NCBI GenBank assembly: GCA_022564635.1
Contig: JADFLA010000001.1
Coordinates: 7,041 to 71,040 of the forward strand
Source of the DNA: Nanobdellota archaeon
Lineage (GTDB): Archaea > Nanobdellota > Nanobdellia > Woesearchaeales > GW2011-AR4
DNA length: 64,000 nt
Reading direction: 5' to 3'
A program made the translations under genes and the position numbers. A model generated the notes under the pieces. That model worked only from the letters and a program-made list of their open reading frames with translations, was not told the DNA's origin and did no database searches. Of the stretch, positions 57,767 to 64,000 are shown piece after piece; within the stretch, counting starts at the first letter, position 1; each line of letters starts with the position of its first letter.

Positions 57767-58099
57767 ATGGAAGAAAGATCTTTATTACTAAACTTAACAG
57801 GAGATATGCCTTTGTTCAAGATAATTGATTTTCTATTAGAAAATAAGGGAAGTGATTTTAGCAAATTAGACATATCAAAAGGTGCAGAAATTTCCAGAGC
57901 TACTTTATTCAACTACTGGAATGAAATTGAAAAACACGGAATTGTTAAAGTAACCAGAAGTTTTGGAAAAACAAAACTTTACATATTAAATGTTAAAAAT
58001 CCAGTTACACAGAAAATAATGGAATTAGAAAAAACACTTATTGCTGAAGCTATGAATAAAGCTTACAATAAAAAGAAAGAAATAATTGTAGAGAACTAA
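57767..58099 (+). CDS. winged-helix transcription regulator (paralogue of 15138..15467)
   Basis: LTGDMPLFKIIDFLL…DFSKLDISKGAEISRATLFNYW…TRSFGKTKLYILNVKNP. Confidence 0.6.
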   Translation: MEERSLLLNLTGDMPLFKIIDFLLENKGSDFSKLDISKGAEISRATLFNYWNEIEKHGIVKVTRSFGKTKLYILNVKNPVTQKIMELEKTLIAEAMNKAYNKKKEIIVEN

Positions 58100-58217
58100 T
58101 GCTACACACATTCTTAATTTTACTTTTGCTTTCAGCTCAAATTTTATTATTTCTCAAAGAACCTAAGAAACATACGGGGCTCATCTTGCCTACTGACTCT
58201 AAAATTATTCCAAAAAC

Positions 58218-58535
58218 TTATTCTGCTATACAAACACCCATCTCATCCGCTATTTTTCCAGATAAACGGCATTTAAAGCCTTCTGGACAGCCAAATCCAG
58301 CTATTCCATTACATTCACATTGCACTTGGCAAACTTGTATACAAAAATCTGCATCAGTACCAGCACATGGACTTCCACATTCATTCCAATAACCATTAGC
58401 TTGCTCACATTGCTGCTTTGTAATGCCCGCAAAACCCACTTCACCAATTTCTTTATCTTCTTCAAGTACTATTGTTTCACAACTAACTAAAAAAACAAGA
58501 ATTACTGTAAATAAAAGTAAAATTATTTTAATCAT
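58218..58535 (-). CDS. small secreted Cys-rich lipoprotein
   Basis: signal peptide with lipobox VSC; 12 Cys (CEQANGYWNECGSPCAG…CIQVCQVQCECNG…GCPEGFKC). Confidence 0.4.
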   Translation of the reverse strand: MIKIILLLFTVILVFLVSCETIVLEEDKEIGEVGFAGITKQQCEQANGYWNECGSPCAGTDADFCIQVCQVQCECNGIAGFGCPEGFKCRLSGKIADEMGVCIAE

Positions 58536-58586
58536 TTTTTTAATTAATTCATTATTGTTTTTAATATTTTTTTAATAATTATCGAT

Positions 58587-59012
58587 TTATATCACAATTT
58601 TATTGCCTATTTTAACATCATTTTTAATTGTAAAATTGCCATTAACCTCTAAAACATATTTTGCTGGCTTTATCGGCTTGTAACTTTTACAAGAATCTTC
58701 TCTGCATGGCTCCGCATAAATAATATCCACTATCTCAAGATTTTCAGAAATAAAAATTATATCTAATGGTATTAAAGTATTTTTCATCCAAAAACTATAG
58801 TAATCTTCATCATCAAAAACAAAAAGCATTCCGGAATTCTCGTCTAAAAACTCCCTGAACATTAAACCACTAGATCTTTCCTCCAAGCTGTCTGCAATTT
58901 CCACATTAACTATTATATTTCCAACGCCGTTATCAACCAACACAACACTTTGCTTAGAACAAGAGGTAAGAATTATTAGAAATAAAAGCATTAACATTAC
59001 ATTTTTGCTGTT
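58587..59012 (-). CDS. DUF192-family secreted lipoprotein
   Basis: probable start MNSKNV… with lipobox LTSC; DUF192-like core (GLMFR…LPLDIIFI…). Confidence 0.45.
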   Translation of the reverse strand, partial: NSKNVMLMLLFLIILTSCSKQSVVLVDNGVGNIIVNVEIADSLEERSSGLMFREFLDENSGMLFVFDDEDYYSFWMKNTLIPLDIIFISENLEIVDIIYAEPCREDSCKSYKPIKPAKYVLEVNGNFTIKNDVKIGNKIVI

Positions 59013-59422
59013 CATGAATAACACCCACATATAATCACTTTTAATAGTTTCTAAAACGAAAAAGATTAGCATATTTTGTACTAATTTTCATAGTGCCTAA
59101 AACAACAGGTTCTATATTATTAAAAATAGTTTATACTAAATAATTATTCTGAACTATATTTTCCACACTAGATGTTATTTTTTATATTCTTTCTATATTG
59201 AAAATAATAAAATCCAAAATCCAAAAGTGAGAGTTAAAAAATAATCAAAAACAATAAAACCGTTAGAAATTAATGGAAATAAAGCAATATCAGAACTTTA
59301 GGCACTATAAAACTTAACAGTATTTTTATTACTAAAAGCCTTAAAAAAGCAAAATTTTGGCATTTCAGCACTTTAAATTAAACATAGATAATTATTAATA
59401 GTAATGAGTTTTCAATAAATTT

Positions 59423-60211
59423 ATGTACACAAACCGGCCTTATAGTATTGACGATATAGTAAGATATAATCCCAACAATCAATATAATAATAACCTAAAC
59501 TACCTCGTTTCTAAAAGTGAGAACTATAGTAATCCACTAGAAAACTCTCAACAAGTAGAACTGGAATACAAAGGAAATCATCAAAAACCAACAATTTATT
59601 CTGAAAATAATTATTTACCACAAGAACCAACAAAAACATACTATTTTACTCCTGAAATTTTCTTAAAACCCTTTAGACCATTAACTCAATTCATAAACAC
59701 AACGGAGCAAATACAAACTCTAATAGAAGAAACATTTGAATTAATGTTAAGTAAAAAATTACCAAATATCAACATTCAAGTTTGTAATAAAGAGGAATTA
59801 AAACAAATACACTCTAGATTTGGTTCTTGGAACGATAACATACAAGGTTTTGCCTTGAATAATAAACATTTAAAACAAATTTTTGTTAAAAACAATAACT
59901 TAGATGAACTAATGTTAACAATAGGCCACGAAATTGGCCATGTTTACACAAAATCTTTATCTAATAACCATGACGAGGAAGCAAAAGCATTCTCATTTGC
60001 AATAGAATGGACAAAAACAATTAAAAAGCATAATATTGGAAATTTAAACGAAAACATAAAAGATAATTTAGATTTTAATCCAGCTAGAAATGGTTTGCAT
60101 GATCTTGCATTCTTTTTTGTAAAAAACCTCGTCGATAAAGGCCTAAAGCCAATGCAGGTACATTGGGATTTAGTTAAGGGTTATGTTTCTTTGTTTGGGT
60201 TTTATAATTAA
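59423..60211 (+). CDS. HExxH zinc-metallopeptidase-like protein (ImmA/IrrE-M78-like)
   Basis: LTIGHEIGHVY…EEAKAFSFAIEW resembles M78 HEXXH…E…FA pattern. Confidence 0.4.
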   Translation: MYTNRPYSIDDIVRYNPNNQYNNNLNYLVSKSENYSNPLENSQQVELEYKGNHQKPTIYSENNYLPQEPTKTYYFTPEIFLKPFRPLTQFINTTEQIQTLIEETFELMLSKKLPNINIQVCNKEELKQIHSRFGSWNDNIQGFALNNKHLKQIFVKNNNLDELMLTIGHEIGHVYTKSLSNNHDEEAKAFSFAIEWTKTIKKHNIGNLNENIKDNLDFNPARNGLHDLAFFFVKNLVDKGLKPMQVHWDLVKGYVSLFGFYN

Positions 60212-60356
60212 GATTTTATTAAAAAAATAGGACTTTCGGTTTAATAGTGTTTTTGAGGGTAGAGTAAATAGGGTCGGCGAGGAATTAATTTTGTTACTTT
60301 TATTAAGTGGTTAAAAATAGATAAATATATAAAGCCGATTAATTTCTCCGTGCTAT

Positions 60357-61628
60357 ATGGTACAATCCTTGACAGAGAAATTAGTAGATGAATTGCGAGA
60401 GTTTTTAAGCGCTGCCAATTACTTGCGGTATCAGGAAGCTGTGCTGAAGCGGAACATTACAGGGGACATATTATCTGAAAAGGATAGGATACACTATGCG
60501 GAAAATATTATTCCTGAGATAGAACAAAAAATTGCTGCGATATCTATTCCAGAATCACTACGAGATACGCTAGATCAAATCGCTGGAGAGTTTCCAGAAA
60601 TGGATGATCTTGCCTTATCTGTAGATACTTTAGCTCGAACAGATTGGAATTCCGAAGAAACTGCTTTTATGAAACTCCACTTTCAATTGGATGAGTGGGG
60701 ATATTTCCTCAGTCCGATACTTGGAGAACAAGCCAAAGTCGAAATTCAGCCAATCGTTGAGCGGCAGGACATTCCCGGAACAGGAGTTCAATTACGTACT
60801 GTTTCCAAGCCATACCATTTGAACATATTTGAACCTACACTACATGGCTTTTTAAGTTTTGTCGGTGAGAGGCCTCTTGAACCAATTATATACCGATTCA
60901 GTGATAATTCGTATCATAATTTTGTGGAAGAATGTGCTAAAGGTGCGGCATATGATTGTAAAGAGGCGTGGTTTCCAACAAGAGAAGATTTTCAATTTGA
61001 TATGAATTATTATATGGATCCACAGGTAAATCAGCGATTGCGAATGGTATTTAAACCAGCTGGGCAACTTGATATTACAATGCTTAATGCAATGGCAGAG
61101 GTTTCTGGAAGTCCAGAATCCATGCGAAGTCATATTGTATCGATGAATCAAGGATATCGATGGGCCAGGATGGCAAAATCAGATCCGCGTAAAGTAGATC
61201 GAGATAAATTACAGTACCTACAAGAACGGTTAGTTGGAAATCATGAAGCACATCATTATCAAGCTTTTGAACGAGAACTTGATTATGGCAAGACTGAATG
61301 GGAAGAACATGGCGCCACTGCGGTAACCCTGGCTTATGATGAAGCTAATTTTGATCCTTTACTTTCATTAATTTCTAGGTATTTTGTGGGTGAACCTATG
61401 TTTGAGGGTGATATCTGCGATGAGAAGTTGTTTAAGCTTATGGATGATGTTCTAAGTAGTGCTCAAAGTAGATTCCGAGTCACTCAACATGATGATAAAA
61501 ACATAGCGGTTTTAAGCTTGTTACAGTTAAATCAAGCAGAAATATCTTTGATAGGGAAAGACATTTTAAAGCAAACTTATGGAAAACCCTACGAAGACGT
61601 CTTTGGGCAATATCAATCTGTTATGTGA
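60357..61628 (+). CDS. hypothetical protein (GC-richer, probably acquired)
   Basis: 423-aa ORF, no recognisable motif. Confidence 0.35.
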   Translation: MVQSLTEKLVDELREFLSAANYLRYQEAVLKRNITGDILSEKDRIHYAENIIPEIEQKIAAISIPESLRDTLDQIAGEFPEMDDLALSVDTLARTDWNSEETAFMKLHFQLDEWGYFLSPILGEQAKVEIQPIVERQDIPGTGVQLRTVSKPYHLNIFEPTLHGFLSFVGERPLEPIIYRFSDNSYHNFVEECAKGAAYDCKEAWFPTREDFQFDMNYYMDPQVNQRLRMVFKPAGQLDITMLNAMAEVSGSPESMRSHIVSMNQGYRWARMAKSDPRKVDRDKLQYLQERLVGNHEAHHYQAFERELDYGKTEWEEHGATAVTLAYDEANFDPLLSLISRYFVGEPMFEGDICDEKLFKLMDDVLSSAQSRFRVTQHDDKNIAVLSLLQLNQAEISLIGKDILKQTYGKPYEDVFGQYQSVM

Positions 61629-61720
61629 TATACACGAGCCGACCCTTAAATAGATTTCTCAAAAAACATGTAATTAAATCAATTGTTATTGAAATTTTTA
61701 TTTTAGTCATTGTATTTAAT

Positions 61721-63574
61721 TCATTTAATGCCTAATTTCTTTGAATATAATGGATTATCAGGTTCCAACTTAAAAGCAGTCTCAAACTCTTTATCAGCTA
61801 AATCATCCTGCTTCAAAAACTCCAATAAAATACCTAGATTATAATGTGCATCTGCATAATCCTTATCAATCCTTATAGCATCATTAAACTCAAGTAATGC
61901 CAAATCAATCTCTCCTATTCTACCATAAACTGTAGCCAAATCATTACGAGCTTTTGCATATCTTGGACTAATTCTAATTGCTTCCTTAAAACTATCAATA
62001 GCTTTTTCTTCCATCTTTATTTCCACATACACTAAACCTAATTTATCAAAGGTTTTATGATATTTATTTATTTTAATTGATTTTTCCAATGTTTTGATAG
62101 ATTTATTGTACAATCCTAATTTTGCATATGCAACTCCTAAATTTGCTAGCGCTCTAAAATTATCTGGTTGTAATTTAACTGATTTTTCAAATTCCACCAA
62201 AGCCTTTTCCGTATCTCCAGCCCTTTCATATGTAAAACCCAAATTATCATGGGCCCTGCTATTATTTGGATTGCTTGCAACAGTTTTGCTCCATAGCGTT
62301 AAATTATCCCTCCATTCATTATTTCTTTTTACCGTTGAGAAAACATAAAAACTTAGCAATAAAATAATAAAAACTACAACACTATACTTTATAATATTCT
62401 TACTTTTAAATTTATAATTAAATAATGTAATTAATAAATAAGATAATAATAATGAAAAAGCAATTGACGGAACATACAAATACCTTTCAGCCATAAAAAC
62501 TTGTAAAGGTAATATGTTAGAGAATGGAATCAATGCAATAAAAAACCAAAAAACAGAAAAAAACAAAATTCTATTCTTATTATATCTTAATGTAAAAAAG
62601 AAAATTGTAATCAAAATTAATACAGAAAAAAGAACTTTAAAATCAAATAAAGAAACTGCTGGAGAAATTTCATGAAATAATGTCAGATTTATTGGAACTA
62701 TCAATAAATAAATATAGTAAACATAAACTTTTAGCATTGTAAGCATTGTTAAAAAGAAGTTTCCTGCAAGATATTCTTCAATACGACCTCTGAATCCAAC
62801 AATAATGAATCTTACAATAATAAAAAATAAAGCAACAACAAAAAAAGGGATATATTTTTTAATATTGTTTTTAATTAATTTTTTATTGAAACTTTCTCTA
62901 TTGAAACAAAACTCATACAAAATAATAATTAATGGCAATACAATAGCTTCTTCTGACGAGAAAACCGCAAGTAAATAAATTAACAATGACGACAATAAAT
63001 ATTTATTTTTTAAAACATTAATTTTATTTGATGAATCTTTAATATTGTTTGAAAATTTGATATAAAAATAAAATGATAATAACATAAAAAATATACCCAA
63101 TAAGTCAAAGCCAGCTGTTATGTTTGTAACCCTACCAGTATGTATTGGATGAACAGCAAATATCAAAGCAGAAATTAAAGCAATATTTCTTCTATTAACA
63201 ATTTCATAAATAATTAAAAAAACTAATATTGAGATAATTGTGTGCAAAAAAATACTGTTAAAATGATACAGAAACTCATTCTTTCCAGCCATTGCATAGA
63301 TAAAAGTGTAATGCAAACTCCTTAAAGGCCTGTATAATCCATCAGTATCCTGTTTAAAAAACAAAGGCAAATTAGAAAAAGACCTTATATCTTGATTATC
63401 TAAAATGAAAACATGATCATCCCATACAAACTCATTCTTAAAAACATTAAAATAAGAAACTAAAGATAAAAGAATAATTAATATTATTGGAATTATAGTT
63501 TTATTCTTGTTCATAAAATTGTTGTTTAGATTATAAATATTAAAATCTTTGTAATAATTAGTTACTCTCATCAT
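61721..63574 (-). CDS. polytopic membrane protein with C-terminal TPR repeats (TMTC/DUF1736-type putative glycosyltransferase)
   Basis: ~10 N-terminal TMs followed by 6-7 TPR units (…AHDNLGFTYERAGD…ALANLGVAYAKLGLY…). Confidence 0.6.
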   Translation of the reverse strand: MMRVTNYYKDFNIYNLNNNFMNKNKTIIPIILIILLSLVSYFNVFKNEFVWDDHVFILDNQDIRSFSNLPLFFKQDTDGLYRPLRSLHYTFIYAMAGKNEFLYHFNSIFLHTIISILVFLIIYEIVNRRNIALISALIFAVHPIHTGRVTNITAGFDLLGIFFMLLSFYFYIKFSNNIKDSSNKINVLKNKYLLSSLLIYLLAVFSSEEAIVLPLIIILYEFCFNRESFNKKLIKNNIKKYIPFFVVALFFIIVRFIIVGFRGRIEEYLAGNFFLTMLTMLKVYVYYIYLLIVPINLTLFHEISPAVSLFDFKVLFSVLILITIFFFTLRYNKNRILFFSVFWFFIALIPFSNILPLQVFMAERYLYVPSIAFSLLLSYLLITLFNYKFKSKNIIKYSVVVFIILLLSFYVFSTVKRNNEWRDNLTLWSKTVASNPNNSRAHDNLGFTYERAGDTEKALVEFEKSVKLQPDNFRALANLGVAYAKLGLYNKSIKTLEKSIKINKYHKTFDKLGLVYVEIKMEEKAIDSFKEAIRISPRYAKARNDLATVYGRIGEIDLALLEFNDAIRIDKDYADAHYNLGILLEFLKQDDLADKEFETAFKLEPDNPLYSKKLGIK

Positions 63575-63635
63575 TCAAAAATATTAAATACTAGTAATTA
63601 AATAAGTTTAATAAAACTATAAGAGGTGCAACTAA

Positions 63636-63791
63636 ATGTTCAACAAAAAAGCCCAGCTCGGAATTATAGAATTTAAGTTTGCTATTATCGGTTTAATCTT
63701 GGGAATAATATTGACACTAGCAGTAGTCTACATGGCAAACAACGGCATATTAATCCCATTTAAATTGGGTTTTGTTTGTTCAAATGTATGA
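63636..63791 (+). CDS. small (51 aa) 2-TM membrane protein
   Basis: GAGGTG SD-like 8 nt upstream; hydrophobic helices; absent from ORF track. Confidence 0.3.
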   Translation: MFNKKAQLGIIEFKFAIIGLILGIILTLAVVYMANNGILIPFKLGFVCSNV

Positions 63792-64000
63792 GTTCACCCA
63801 AATTATGGTCAATAAATTAAAATCAGCCTTCTACGAGTTTTTTTGTTTCTCTATCAATGTACGTTAATGCCCTTAGAAAATGAATTATTTCAGCTGTTAT
63901 TTTTTTTACTTCCACCCAATTTTCCCTTCTTAGTTCGTCCTTTAAACGATTTGCAGTAGCTATTAAAATCCGACCCTCAAGTCTCCCCATATTCTGAACA

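Noticed and set aside
1-64000. Alternative genetic code (stop-codon reassignment) to explain the in-frame TAA at 46663 and the GGW release-factor paralogue
   Set aside because: Dozens of confidently identified genes (pyrG, secD, nth, bcp, pepA, gatB and others) terminate at TAA, TAG or TGA exactly where homologues end. The standard code fits.

Overview
This is a very AT-rich (roughly 30% GC) archaeal fragment with compact coding, SD-like GGAGG/GGTGA sites, and many small membrane proteins. The family content (DPANN-type composition) suggests a reduced or symbiotic archaeon. Archaeal markers are Nop5-fibrillarin, Rpo11/RpoL, an aRF1-family protein, secF-secD in archaeal order, archaeal Ogg, class III (type IV pilin-like) signal peptides, GatB and KaiC-like ATPases.

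Housekeeping genes include pyrG, pyrH, secFD, gatB, pepA, nth, bcp, a class II ribonucleotide reductase next to a cob(I)alamin adenosyltransferase, HIT, PfpI, CutA, UbiB, a CDF transporter and a DtxR / multicopper oxidase / ZIP metal cluster.

Accessory and unusual content:
- A dispersed family of paired-palindrome elements. Two roughly 55-bp copies differ only by compensatory changes that keep the dyad symmetry. Related palindromes form a 4-unit tandem array with 28-29-bp spacing upstream of an EamA-like transporter pair.
- A strictly 11-bp-phased array of nine ATTCCCAaTAT iterons (5 + 4 copies) upstream of a two-gene coiled-coil/wHTH operon. A 3'-truncated serine recombinase lies about 2 kb downstream, suggesting a decaying integrated element with centromere- or operator-like repeats.
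- A 15-bp GC-rich perfect inverted repeat bracketing a single GC-rich ORF plus a structured noncoding tail.
- Two paralogous divergent wHTH-regulator / small-protein modules.
- An aRF1 paralogue lacking NIKS and carrying GGW in place of GGQ.
- A 41-aa Cys-rich metallothionein-like ORF beside the CDF transporter.
- A toxin-antitoxin graveyard: a DUF4258/DUF2283 pair, a frameshifted RelE, and an AbrB antitoxin with a 5'-truncated PIN.
- GC-rich, probably foreign, genes.

No CRISPR array, rRNA or convincing tRNA was found.
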